From an uncultured Verrucomicrobiae bacterium (GTDB lineage: Bacteria > Verrucomicrobiota > Verrucomicrobiia > Chthoniobacterales > UBA10450): a stretch of DNA of 64,000 nt. Shown here in pieces: positions 49,626 to 58,909 of the stretch (position 1 is the stretch's first letter; every line of letters begins with the position of its first letter). The DNA lies in the NCBI GenBank assembly GCA_963735805.1, contig CAVTMK010000004.1, forward strand, positions 448,001 through 512,000, in the 5' to 3' direction. The notes beneath the pieces are model-generated. The model made no database searches, was not told the origin of the DNA, and worked only from the letters and a program-made list of their open reading frames with translations. The position numbers were made by a program, and so were the translations under genes.

Positions 49626-51203
49626 ATGGCCGATGCCCCAGACCAACCTGCAAAAAGCCGACATCGGAAGTGGCGGGTTGTTTTGTTGGTAATCGTCGCG
49701 CTTGTCGCGATTGGTTTTTGTTATCTCGCCTGGCGCTTCACGCGGGACGATCCGGTCACCTATGCGGATCCGGAAGAGCACTTCAAGTACGGCTCAACCG
49801 GCGGCGAGCGGGAATCGGGTGTTCCCTACTGGATTTGGAAGGTACTCCCCAAAATGTTTCCGGAATATTTGCCTGGGAAAACGTACACCCCGGGTACTGA
49901 ATACGCTTCGTTAGGCTTCATATACGAGCCCGGAAGGGATCTGCCTATCGGCACTTCGCGCCGCAATACTCAGGGAGTTGACCGGGTGTTCCTGAACTGT
50001 GCGATCTGTCACACCGGTTCCGTGCGCGAAACCCCGCAGAGTTCACGCGCAATCTACACAGGAATGCCGTCGAACACCGTCGACCTTGAATCGTTCGAAC
50101 GTTTTATTTTCGCCTGCGCATCGGATCAACGTTTCAATGCGCCGCGGGTCCTTGCCGAGATGGAAGGGATCGGCGGGAAATATGACCTGATCAATCGGTT
50201 CGTCATGCGTTATTACGCTATTCCCTTGATGCGTGAACGTCTGTTGATGTTGAAAGGGCACTTCCGTTTCGGCGATTGGGAACCGGACGCAGGACCCGGT
50301 CGCACTGACACGTTCAACCCAGCGAAGACGCTTCTGGAATTTCCTCTCGAGAAACTGGAAACGCGCGAACTGGTTGGTCTTTGCGATTTGCCCTCCATCT
50401 GGTTGCAACGCCCGCGTAAGGAGAAAAATATTCACGCACATTGGGACGGCAATAACAGCATGATGGAGGAGCGCAACAAAAGCGCCGCATTCGGCACCGG
50501 AGCGTTTCCGCCAACGATCGATCTGAAACAAATGGCGCGCATCGAGCGATGGCTGCTTGATAAGGAACCACCCAAATATCCATTTCCGATCAACGCCGAA
50601 CTCAGCGCGCAGGGCGAAAAACTCTATACGCAATACTGCGCAAATTGCCACGGCCGCAACGGCCGGGATTTCAACGGTGAATACGTCGGCGAAATAGTGC
50701 CGATCGACAAAATCGCAACGGACCGTCACCGGCTCGATTCGTATACAGAACAATTAGCCATAGCGCAGAATACGCTCTACGCCGGTTATCCGTGGCGCTT
50801 TAGTCATTTCCGAAAAACCTTTGGCTACGTCAATTTGCCGCTGGACGGCGTCTGGCTGCGTGCGCCGTATCTCCACAACGGCTCAGTACCAACGCTGCGC
50901 GATCTGCTGAACCCCAGCACCGAGCGTCCCACGGTTTTTTATCGCGGGTATGACGTGTTCGACCAGGCGAAACTGGGGTTTGTCTCGGACGTAGACCGAT
51001 TCGATGACCAGGGACGCAGCAAGGATGATCCCGACAACCCAAGAAAATATTTCAGGTTCGACACGCAAGTGAAGCCTGGCGGCCTGACGCCGCGCGATCG
51101 GAACGAAGGCAATTCAAATGTCGGCCACGAAGGACCTGCCTACGGGACGATGCTGTCTGCCCAGGAAAAAGACGCGATCGTCGAGTATCTGAAAACATTT
51201 TGA
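49626..51203 (+). CDS. Membrane-anchored di-heme cytochrome c (RoxA-like) paralog A
   Basis: N-terminal TM; EEHFKYGSTG; CAICH and CANCH; LDGVWLRAPYLHNGSVPTL; EKDAIVEYLKTF. Confidence 0.82.
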   Translation: MADAPDQPAKSRHRKWRVVLLVIVALVAIGFCYLAWRFTRDDPVTYADPEEHFKYGSTGGERESGVPYWIWKVLPKMFPEYLPGKTYTPGTEYASLGFIYEPGRDLPIGTSRRNTQGVDRVFLNCAICHTGSVRETPQSSRAIYTGMPSNTVDLESFERFIFACASDQRFNAPRVLAEMEGIGGKYDLINRFVMRYYAIPLMRERLLMLKGHFRFGDWEPDAGPGRTDTFNPAKTLLEFPLEKLETRELVGLCDLPSIWLQRPRKEKNIHAHWDGNNSMMEERNKSAAFGTGAFPPTIDLKQMARIERWLLDKEPPKYPFPINAELSAQGEKLYTQYCANCHGRNGRDFNGEYVGEIVPIDKIATDRHRLDSYTEQLAIAQNTLYAGYPWRFSHFRKTFGYVNLPLDGVWLRAPYLHNGSVPTLRDLLNPSTERPTVFYRGYDVFDQAKLGFVSDVDRFDDQGRSKDDPDNPRKYFRFDTQVKPGGLTPRDRNEGNSNVGHEGPAYGTMLSAQEKDAIVEYLKTF

Positions 51204-51225
51204 TCAAGATCTGATTGATAAGCCA

Positions 51226-52761
51226 ATGAATCTCCAACCCAAAACAAAACGTCTCATTTGGGTTTCCGCGAGTGTGGTCGTGGTTTTGATTGCGCTTGGC
51301 GGCTTCTTTGCGTGGATAAAATTTTTCCGCCAAGAGAAAGAAGTGTTCGCGAATGAAGAAGAACATTTCAAATACGGCTCGCTTGGTGCAGAAGGCGACC
51401 GCGGCATCCCGTATTATCTCTGGATGGTCCTGCCGCGTATTTTTCCGGACCTCATGCCCGGGCCGGGCGGCTACAAGTCATTTGGCGTGGTTTGGGAGGA
51501 GGGTCATGAAATTCCTGTCGGTTTTTCGAAAAAAGTCGTCGGTTTTGCGCGGATCACGAACAACTGCGCAATTTGCCACGCTGCGACTTATCGACTGAGC
51601 GAGGATGAAGTTCCGCACGTTGTCGTTGCGGGACCGGGCCACACCAATAATGCGCAAAGCATGCTGCGTTTTTTGTTCAAAGCAGCACACGACCCTCGCT
51701 TCAACTCGGACATTATCATGAACGAGATCCGTCTTGTTAACGCAAACAACTACGGCAATGGCGGGCTCTCGTTTATCGACCGGCAGATTTACCGTTACCT
51801 GCTGATCCCATTCACCAAAAAGGCGCTGCTCCAGCAGGAGAAACAATTCACCTGGATGGAACGCTATGTCACTAATGGCAAGCCAAAGCCGTACTGGGGA
51901 CCGGGACGTGATGATGCCATGAACTTGACAAAGTATTTCATGACCAGCATGGCAGAGGACAACACGTTTGGCCCGACCGATTTCCCTTCGATATGGAACC
52001 TCGGCATCCGCAGCGGAAAGGATAATGCCGGAAAACAGATGTTGTTGAACTGGACTGGCGATACGCCGGCGGTGCGCTCGGTTTTAATCGATTCGGCACT
52101 GGGACTCGGCGCGCCTGCGCAGCCGTGGTTTTTACAACGCATGGCCGATCTCGATCATTACCTGAGTAACTTGCCGCCACCCAAGTGGCCATTTGACGAA
52201 ACGAATCCAATCAACCAGCAAGTGGCTGTCGAAGGTCAGAAGATTTACTCCCGTGACTGCGCCGCGTGCCATGAACCGCGTGCTGAATTTACAAACAAGG
52301 TAGTCCCAATCACTGAGATTGGGACTGATCCCGAGCGGATGTATTCATGGTCGAAAGATGCTGCCGCAGAAGCCAACCGACGCGTCAAACAACTGGGCAT
52401 CGATCGTCCGCCTATGGTAGAAACGCAGGACCCGTACGGCTATGTCTCACCGCCGCTGGACGGAATCTGGCTACGTGCGCCCTATCTTCACAACGGTTCC
52501 GTGCCGAGTTTGCGCGACTTGTTGAATGCGCCAGGCGAACGTCCGCAAACTTTTCATCGTGGCTATGACGTTTTCGATCCCGTCAAAGTTGGATTCAAGG
52601 AACCGCCTCCTCGTCCAACCGGACCGACCGGCGAACTGACGCAACCATATCTCCTTTTCGATACCCGCGAAAAGGGTAACGGCAACAATGGCCACACCTA
52701 TGGCACGCAATTGTCGAACCAGGACAAGGAGAACCTGCTTGAATACCTGAAGACGCTTTAG
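51226..52761 (+). CDS. Membrane-anchored di-heme cytochrome c (RoxA-like) paralog B
   Basis: N-terminal TM; EEHFKYGSLG; CAICH and CAACH; LDGIWLRAPYLHNGSVPSL; DKENLLEYLKTL. Confidence 0.82.
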   Translation: MNLQPKTKRLIWVSASVVVVLIALGGFFAWIKFFRQEKEVFANEEEHFKYGSLGAEGDRGIPYYLWMVLPRIFPDLMPGPGGYKSFGVVWEEGHEIPVGFSKKVVGFARITNNCAICHAATYRLSEDEVPHVVVAGPGHTNNAQSMLRFLFKAAHDPRFNSDIIMNEIRLVNANNYGNGGLSFIDRQIYRYLLIPFTKKALLQQEKQFTWMERYVTNGKPKPYWGPGRDDAMNLTKYFMTSMAEDNTFGPTDFPSIWNLGIRSGKDNAGKQMLLNWTGDTPAVRSVLIDSALGLGAPAQPWFLQRMADLDHYLSNLPPPKWPFDETNPINQQVAVEGQKIYSRDCAACHEPRAEFTNKVVPITEIGTDPERMYSWSKDAAAEANRRVKQLGIDRPPMVETQDPYGYVSPPLDGIWLRAPYLHNGSVPSLRDLLNAPGERPQTFHRGYDVFDPVKVGFKEPPPRPTGPTGELTQPYLLFDTREKGNGNNGHTYGTQLSNQDKENLLEYLKTL

Positions 52762-52892
52762 GAACGCGGCATGCTTATTCAAACGTTAAACACTTAAGAC
52801 GGGTTCCGACAAGGCGCCTTTACGATCCAAGTGGTGGACCACGTGAAAAGCTCTTGTGCGCACGCCGGTTCTCCGTCAGTTTCCGTTCTGTC

Positions 52893-53897
52893 ATGGCGGC
52901 AAATCGCAAGCTCGGTTGTCTTAGCATCTTCTTGTTCGTTGCCCTTTGTGCCAGTTTGTTCATCAACCTGGCACTGACCGTCGCGGCCTTTCAACGCCTT
53001 AGCGGGATTCGTGAGCCTGAGCCAATCCCGCGTTTTCGCGAAGTCCTGCTTCAGCGGGGTGCACGGGCGACTACAGATAAAATCGCAGTTATAACGATGC
53101 GCGGGCTGATCAGTTCTTCGCTTCCTGGCACCGTTACAGATTCGATGGTCGATGACATGCGTGCGGCGTTGCAACAGGCGCGCGATGACAGCCGTGTCAA
53201 AGCCATTGTGTTGGAAGTCGATTCTCCAGGTGGCGAAGTGACAGCTTCCGACGCTATCTACAGCGCGCTGGTCAAGGTCCGTGCGAAGAAACCCGTCGTT
53301 GTTTACATGGATTCGCTGGCGGCATCCGGCGGCTATTACGTGTCCTGTGGGGGCAAGTTTTTAATGGCAAGCGATACGACAATCACTGGCAGTATCGGCG
53401 TCATTATTCAAACGCTGAATTACGAGCAGCTGTTCAACAAGGTCGGACTCGCCTCCGTGGTTTTCAAAAGCGGCAAGTTCAAGGACATGTTGAATGGCGC
53501 GCGACCGATCACGGCAGAGGAACGCGAGCTGGTTCAGAGCTTTATCATGAAAACTTACGACAAATTTCTAGGTATCGTTGCGAAGGAAAGAAATCTTCCG
53601 GCAGACCTTTTGCGCAATACGATCGCCGACGGACGAATCTTGTCGGGAAAGGACGCATACGAACACAAACTGATTGATGGCCTTGGTGAGTTGGACGACG
53701 CATTTGGGAAGGCGAAAGAACTCGGAAATGCGCCCGACGCCAAGGTAGTGAAATATGGTCCACCGTTTAGTCTCAGCCGCTTCTTCCGAATATTCGGAGA
53801 GACCGATTCAAAGATTGAACTAACACTCCCAAAGCAACTCGTTCCACAACTTGAAAGCGGGCGGGCGTATTTTCTGCCCAGCTACTACGCGCCTTAG
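52893..53897 (+). CDS. sppA: Signal peptide peptidase SppA (36K type)
   Basis: DSPGGEV; AASGGYYV; TGSIGV; KSGKFKD; ADGRI; LIDGLG. Confidence 0.92.
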   Translation: MAANRKLGCLSIFLFVALCASLFINLALTVAAFQRLSGIREPEPIPRFREVLLQRGARATTDKIAVITMRGLISSSLPGTVTDSMVDDMRAALQQARDDSRVKAIVLEVDSPGGEVTASDAIYSALVKVRAKKPVVVYMDSLAASGGYYVSCGGKFLMASDTTITGSIGVIIQTLNYEQLFNKVGLASVVFKSGKFKDMLNGARPITAEERELVQSFIMKTYDKFLGIVAKERNLPADLLRNTIADGRILSGKDAYEHKLIDGLGELDDAFGKAKELGNAPDAKVVKYGPPFSLSRFFRIFGETDSKIELTLPKQLVPQLESGRAYFLPSYYAP

Positions 53898-53909
53898 AAC
53901 ACGGGACGC

Positions 53910-54755
53910 ATGGGATCCGGCAGCCTCTTCGCGGCACTCGGAGTCGTTCCCAGCTCTGTTTTAAGCCTTCTTCTCTCCATTCTTTATCTTCTTGGCAGTC
54001 TTTATGTCTATATTTCGCTAATTTATCAGATCAGTTCGCGAATTCCGAACGCTTTCGGTGTCGAGGTGACGACGACCCGAAGGTTCGGACTGCCGGAGGC
54101 AATACTGGCTGGGCTGTTGATCCTTTTCCTTTTTCTGACTATTGGCGCATCGATCTCGCAACCCTCCGTCCAGTTCAGCGCCCGTAATCTTCTGGCGAAT
54201 TTTCTTCTGACTGGTTGCGTGGTGCTCGTCATAATCACTTTTCTCCAGTTCCGCGGTTTTGACGTCGAGTCGTTAGGCGGGTTTTTCAGGCTAAGCTTTA
54301 TCCGGACCCTGAGCACCGCAGTGATCCTGCTGTTCTTTGCTTATCCGTTGATCTTGTTGGCTGACGCCGTTACGCAGCGGCTTTTTGGGGGCGGCTCGAG
54401 CAGGCAAAACATTGTCGAGTTTTTCAGCGGATCGCGGACGATTCAGCAGCGAGTGATGATCATCGTTTTCGCCGTGGCAGTCGCTCCGGTAGTTGAGGAA
54501 TTTCTTTTTCGATTTTTTATCTACGGTGTACTTAAGCGCTATTTTGGCCGCCTTCTGGGCGTCATGTTCAGCGCCTTGCTTTTCGCTGCAGCGCACGCGC
54601 ATTTGCCCTCATTTGCGCCACTGTTCGTTCTGGGAAGTTGTTTCGCGATTGCATACGAGTGGAGCGGTTCCCTTCTCGTCTCCATGGCAATGCATTCGCT
54701 CTTTAATTCGCTGACGCTTACTGCGCTTGCATTTCCGGAAATCTTTTCTCCATGA
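53910..54755 (+). CDS. CPBP (CAAX/Abi) family intramembrane metalloprotease
   Basis: APVVEEFLFR; FAAAH; MHSLFN. Confidence 0.9.
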   Translation: MGSGSLFAALGVVPSSVLSLLLSILYLLGSLYVYISLIYQISSRIPNAFGVEVTTTRRFGLPEAILAGLLILFLFLTIGASISQPSVQFSARNLLANFLLTGCVVLVIITFLQFRGFDVESLGGFFRLSFIRTLSTAVILLFFAYPLILLADAVTQRLFGGGSSRQNIVEFFSGSRTIQQRVMIIVFAVAVAPVVEEFLFRFFIYGVLKRYFGRLLGVMFSALLFAAAHAHLPSFAPLFVLGSCFAIAYEWSGSLLVSMAMHSLFNSLTLTALAFPEIFSP

Positions 54756-54814
54756 GGCCAGGCGAAGCGGGCACAAGCCTCCAAAGGAGACGGATTTATT
54801 CAAAGAAGAAACGG

Positions 54815-55708
54815 ATGCGCTGCGGCGACGTGGGTGAAGATCAGCTGCTCAGTCGGCTTTTGCCTCTTGTTCGGCTTGGAAAAGGCATTGTTAGCGGGGA
54901 TGACTGCGCGGTCGTGGAGACCCGCGATCGCCGGGACTTTCTTGTTCTCAAAACCGATTGCGTTGTCGCAGGCGTGCATTTCTTGCAAACGGCGAACGCG
55001 ACTGACATCGGCTGGAAAGCGATGATGCGTCCGCTCAGTGATTTCGCGGCAACTTCGGCCGTTCCTCAATTTGCACTGATCACTCTCATCGCTCCCGCGC
55101 AAACGAAGGTCGAATGGGTGGAGAGGATTTATCGCGGACTGTGCCGGGCTGCAAAGCGGTTCCAAGTCCGGATAGTCGGGGGCGAAATGAGCAGCACACC
55201 TGGGCCCGTGGCGATTTCAGTCAGCGCCGCTGGTTTTGTTGAAAGAGACCGCTGCGTATCGCGCCGGGGCGGCAAGGCGGGCGACGATCTCTTTGTGACT
55301 GGCCGGCTGGGTGGTGCCGTGCAACAAAAGCATCTGAAATTCATTCCACGGATTGTCGAATCGCGGTGGCTCACAAAAAATTTCTCCATTCATGCCATGA
55401 TGGATTTAAGCGACGGATTGGGAGCCGATCTTCCGCGACTTGCGACAGCGAGCCGAGTTGGCTTTGCCATCGAGATGGATAATCTGCCACTGACTCCTGG
55501 TGCGACGATCGACAGTGCAATGTCAGAAGGCGAAGATTATGAATTGCTTTTCGCCATTTCGCCGCGTGATAGAACGCGCCTGCAACGAGAATGGCGAAAG
55601 AAATTCCGGAAACTACCGCTCACTCGAATTGGTCGCTTGAATCGGCAATCCAAAAGTGGCAATCCGCAATTGAAACGTGGCTACGTTCATTTCCAATACT
55701 CCGGCTGA
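54815..55708 (+). CDS. thiL: Thiamine-monophosphate kinase
   Basis: GDDCAV; KTDCVVAGVHF; LSDFAA; GDDLFVTGRLG; MMDLSDGL; GEDYELLF. Confidence 0.92.
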   Translation: MRCGDVGEDQLLSRLLPLVRLGKGIVSGDDCAVVETRDRRDFLVLKTDCVVAGVHFLQTANATDIGWKAMMRPLSDFAATSAVPQFALITLIAPAQTKVEWVERIYRGLCRAAKRFQVRIVGGEMSSTPGPVAISVSAAGFVERDRCVSRRGGKAGDDLFVTGRLGGAVQQKHLKFIPRIVESRWLTKNFSIHAMMDLSDGLGADLPRLATASRVGFAIEMDNLPLTPGATIDSAMSEGEDYELLFAISPRDRTRLQREWRKKFRKLPLTRIGRLNRQSKSGNPQLKRGYVHFQYSG

Positions 55709-56096
55709 GACCGAAGCAGTGGGCTGGCGACTTGCAGAGGATGTCCGAGTCGGATCCGTTTTGGCCTTGCAGGGCGAGCTGGGAAGCGGCAAGACACAAT
55801 TCACTAAAGGTTTGGTAGCCGGCATGGGAAGCAACGCAGCCGTTTCCAGTCCTACATTTACGATTGTGCACGAATATCGAGATGGGCGGCTGCCTGTTTA
55901 CCATTTCGACTTCTTTCGCGTGGAGAATCGCAAATCCCTCGCGCGACTAGGCCTCGATGATTATCTTTTTGGCGACGGAGTTTCGGTGATCGAATGGGCG
56001 GATCGCTTCCCGGAATTCATCCCCGAACAAGCGCGCTGGATTCTGTTTGAGATAAAGTCGGAGAACCAGCGTACCATTACCTTCCGAGGAACGTGA
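55677..56096 (+). CDS. tsaE: tRNA threonylcarbamoyladenosine biosynthesis ATPase TsaE
   Basis: GELGSGKT; SSPTFTIVHEY; YHFDFFR; VIEWAD. Confidence 0.95.
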   Translation: MATFISNTPAETEAVGWRLAEDVRVGSVLALQGELGSGKTQFTKGLVAGMGSNAAVSSPTFTIVHEYRDGRLPVYHFDFFRVENRKSLARLGLDDYLFGDGVSVIEWADRFPEFIPEQARWILFEIKSENQRTITFRGT

Positions 56097-56695
56097 AAAT
56101 TCTTGCGCTGGAACTTTCCACGGCGCGCGGCAGTCTGGCGTGGTCGGGTAAGCAGACTCCCAATCTCGCGCTCGAATGGCCGAACGATCGAAAGAATTCA
56201 GCTCTCTTTTTCGAGAACCTCGATGCTGTAATAGAGAAATACGGTTCTCCAGACACGATTATCGTCGGGCTTGGCCCCGGCTCGTACGCTGGGACTCGCA
56301 TCGCTATTTCCGCCGCAATCGGATTGCAGCTTTCTTCCGGTGCGCGTCTGATTGGTTTTCCGTCGATTTCTGCCATGGAATCCGACGCACACGAATACTG
56401 CGTAATCGGCGATGCCCGCAGGAAATCTCTTTTCTTTGCGCATGTCCGGTCGAATAACCTGGTCGAAGATCCAACGCTTTTCTCGGAGGCCGAACTGAAA
56501 TCCAAGCTCGACGCGATTGAGATCACAATGCCGGTTTTCACCTCGGATGCGCTTCCGCAATTTGAGCGCGCCGTGGTACATTTCCCATCAGCCCTCGTGC
56601 TCGCCAGACTTGCGAGGGATAAACGGCGCAGCTTTTCTATGCCACCGCTCGAACCGATTTACTTACGCGAGCCGCACATCACGATGCCAAAATGA
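56093..56695 (+). CDS. tsaB: tRNA threonylcarbamoyladenosine biosynthesis protein TsaB
   Basis: MKILALELST; GPGSYAGTRI; DARR; LEPIYLR. Confidence 0.93.
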   Translation: MKILALELSTARGSLAWSGKQTPNLALEWPNDRKNSALFFENLDAVIEKYGSPDTIIVGLGPGSYAGTRIAISAAIGLQLSSGARLIGFPSISAMESDAHEYCVIGDARRKSLFFAHVRSNNLVEDPTLFSEAELKSKLDAIEITMPVFTSDALPQFERAVVHFPSALVLARLARDKRRSFSMPPLEPIYLREPHITMPK

Positions 56696-57795
56696 AGGGA
56701 ACTTATCGTTGCTGGGCTGAGATCGATCGGAGCGCGTTGCGTCACAATGCCAAAATCGTCCGGGAACGTGTCGGTTCCGCCGGGATCCTGGCTGTAGTGA
56801 AAGCGAATGCTTACGGTCACGGTTTAACCGGCGTAGCGGAAACGCTGGCAGATGAGGTGCAACTTTTCGGCGTGGCGAATCTGGAAGAGGCGCTGGTGCT
56901 GCGTGAATCTTTTTCTCATCCGATCATCATTCTTGGCCCCGCTCTCCCAGGAGAGAGATCGACGATCACTAAGCATGGTTTCATTCCGACGATTTCTGCT
57001 CTTGAGGAGGCAGAAGACTTCAATCGGGTCGCGGACCGCTCGCCCGTCGCCGTCAATTTTAAGATCGATACGGGCATGGGCCGCATGGGGGTTCCAGTAG
57101 ACCAAGCCCTGGACGTTCTGAAAAAGGTCTCCACATTTCCGAATATCAGGATCCACAGCGTTTCGACTCACTTGCCATCGTCCGGTGAGGATCCGAAGTA
57201 CACACGCGATCAACTTTTGCGCTTTGGCGACATGATGAAGCAATTTCGCGCCGCGCTTTCAATCGATTACAAAACACATGTGCTCCAAAGCGCGGGCGTG
57301 CTTGGTTTCGCCGAGCTGGCAGGAGTCTTCGACATCGTGCGCGCTGGGATCGTCCTTTACGGGATTTCACCGCTTCCGGAATTTCAGAATCTCCTCAAAC
57401 CGGTAATGACTTGGAAAACGCGTATTTCTCTCGTACGCGAAATGGCCAAGGGGAGTTCGATCAGCTATGGCCGCACATTTATTACTCCTCGCAAAATGCG
57501 GGTGGCAACGTTATCAGCTGGTTATGCCGATGGATATCCGTGGCACCTTTCTAATCGTGATGCTGCCGTCCTGGTTCAGGGGCGGCGTTGCGCACTTCTC
57601 GGGCGCGTGACCATGGATTTGATGATGATCGATGTCAGCAAGATCGATAATGTGCAAGTAGGCGATGAGGTTGTTTTGATGGGACGCGACGGAAACGAGG
57701 AAATTTCCTGCGCGAAACTGGCCATTACGGCTGGGACGATTTCTTGGGAAATTACGACTCGCATTGGCGCACGTGTGAAGCGCGTTTTCATTTGA
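56692..57795 (+). CDS. alr: Alanine racemase
   Basis: AVVKANAYGHG; KIDTGMGRMG; VRAGIVLYG; GYADG; GRVTMD. Confidence 0.96.
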   Translation: MKGTYRCWAEIDRSALRHNAKIVRERVGSAGILAVVKANAYGHGLTGVAETLADEVQLFGVANLEEALVLRESFSHPIIILGPALPGERSTITKHGFIPTISALEEAEDFNRVADRSPVAVNFKIDTGMGRMGVPVDQALDVLKKVSTFPNIRIHSVSTHLPSSGEDPKYTRDQLLRFGDMMKQFRAALSIDYKTHVLQSAGVLGFAELAGVFDIVRAGIVLYGISPLPEFQNLLKPVMTWKTRISLVREMAKGSSISYGRTFITPRKMRVATLSAGYADGYPWHLSNRDAAVLVQGRRCALLGRVTMDLMMIDVSKIDNVQVGDEVVLMGRDGNEEISCAKLAITAGTISWEITTRIGARVKRVFI

Positions 57796-57861
57796 TCGTG
57801 AATCGAGATTCGAGAAACGTGAATTGATCTTCGTTGTAACGAAGTACGAATCAGAAACCTC

Positions 57862-58224
57862 ATGTTCCAAATCATCTTCAACGAATTGAGTGCGGCCGAG
57901 ATCTCGGGACTCCCGAAAAAATTGCAGCTGGAATTGCTCGCGGAATTTCAAATTTTACCTGAGGATCTGGACCAGCTCGATTCAGAACGCTTTGGGGTTA
58001 TCCAGCGCGAAGGAAAAAAACTATTTCGCTATCGTGCGAAAGATTACCGCATCTATTTCGCCAAGACTGACGAAGGTATCAGGGTCCATCGTGTCTTACA
58101 CAAGAACACGTTTCGCGATTTCCTTTTCCGAAGCAAACTGCCGGTGTCCGAGGATGCCCAGTTGGGCGAGACTCGCGAATTCTGGAAACTGATCGAGCAG
58201 GGCGAAAAAACGCGAAAGGCCTAG
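57862..58224 (+). CDS. RelE/ParE-fold protein without an adjacent antitoxin
   Basis: MFQIIFNELSAAEI..LP; LFRYRAKDYRIYF; VHRVLHK. Confidence 0.7.
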   Translation: MFQIIFNELSAAEISGLPKKLQLELLAEFQILPEDLDQLDSERFGVIQREGKKLFRYRAKDYRIYFAKTDEGIRVHRVLHKNTFRDFLFRSKLPVSEDAQLGETREFWKLIEQGEKTRKA

Positions 58225-58247
58225 AGGAAGAGACAACATCCAACTGT

Positions 58248-58306
58248 TGTATGGCGTTTCTGCGAAACGCCAATCAAAGGACAGCGTCTGATGCAGGGGC
58301 ACTGCA
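58248..58306. repeat. Degenerate GTAG-type REP doublet
   Basis: tgta-tggcgtttc-tgc-gaaacgcca ... gcgtctgatgcaggggcactgca. Confidence 0.5.
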
Positions 58307-58352
58307 ATTCCCTCGTCGAGCGCGTGGAGTGGAAGTGCTTAATCTCATTGGG

Positions 58353-58459
58353 ATCATCCCGCGCGGAGCGAAGGACCTCACAATCGAAGCCTGGATCACG
58401 CAAACTAAGAGTGTAACCAGCGGGGGGCAAGAGGTCCCCTCGATTTCGCTCGGGATGAC
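58353..58459. repeat. REPIN/MITE-like element with ~27-bp imperfect inverted repeats
   Basis: atcatcccgcgcggagcgaaggacctc ... gaggtcccctcgatttcgctcgggatgac. Confidence 0.75.
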
Positions 58460-58487
58460 AAAGCAGCGCGTTAACGTCCCGGCTTCG

Positions 58488-58730
58488 TCACTTCATCAAC
58501 AGCACCGACCGGCTGCGCTTGATTTCGCGCGTGATTTTGCGGTGCAGATGCGCGGGCATGCCGGTGACGCGGCGTGGAAGGATTTTGCCGCTTTCGGTGA
58601 CGAATTTTTTAAGGAGATCGGGATTTTTGTAATCAATAGCCTCAATGGCAATATCGATCCGCCGACGAGGCATGGCGCGATTCGCCCTGCGGAAGGCGGA
58701 ACGGCGTTTGGCTGTTTTAGGACCCATCAT
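58488..58730 (-). CDS. rpsR: 30S ribosomal protein S18 (cysteine-free form)
   Basis: [38 protein letters not shown]. Confidence 0.95.
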   Translation of the reverse strand: MMGPKTAKRRSAFRRANRAMPRRRIDIAIEAIDYKNPDLLKKFVTESGKILPRRVTGMPAHLHRKITREIKRSRSVLLMK

Positions 58731-58900
58731 TTCGTTTCGCGATGCAGTGTGTGCCGTCTCAGGAACGGATTGTATTTCTTTTTCTCAAGCCGATTAGGTG
58801 TGCGTGGGCTTTTCTTGTTCCGGGTGGTCATGTAGCGGGAAACAGGCTTACCCAAAGCCTTGGCCTCCGTGCATTCCAGTGTGACAATTTCCTGGGCCAT
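58727..58900 (-). CDS. rpmG: 50S ribosomal protein L33 (57 aa; absent from the supplied ORF track)
   Basis: Hand translation: [57 protein letters not shown]; stop overlaps the rpsR ATG. Confidence 0.95.
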   Translation of the reverse strand: MAQEIVTLECTEAKALGKPVSRYMTTRNKKSPRTPNRLEKKKYNPFLRRHTLHRETK

Positions 58901-58909
58901 TTGTCGGTG

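Noticed and set aside
47331..50753. Long antisense ORFs (47331..48098, 50043..50753)
   Set aside because: Antisense shadows of the cytochrome genes with no recognisable motifs.
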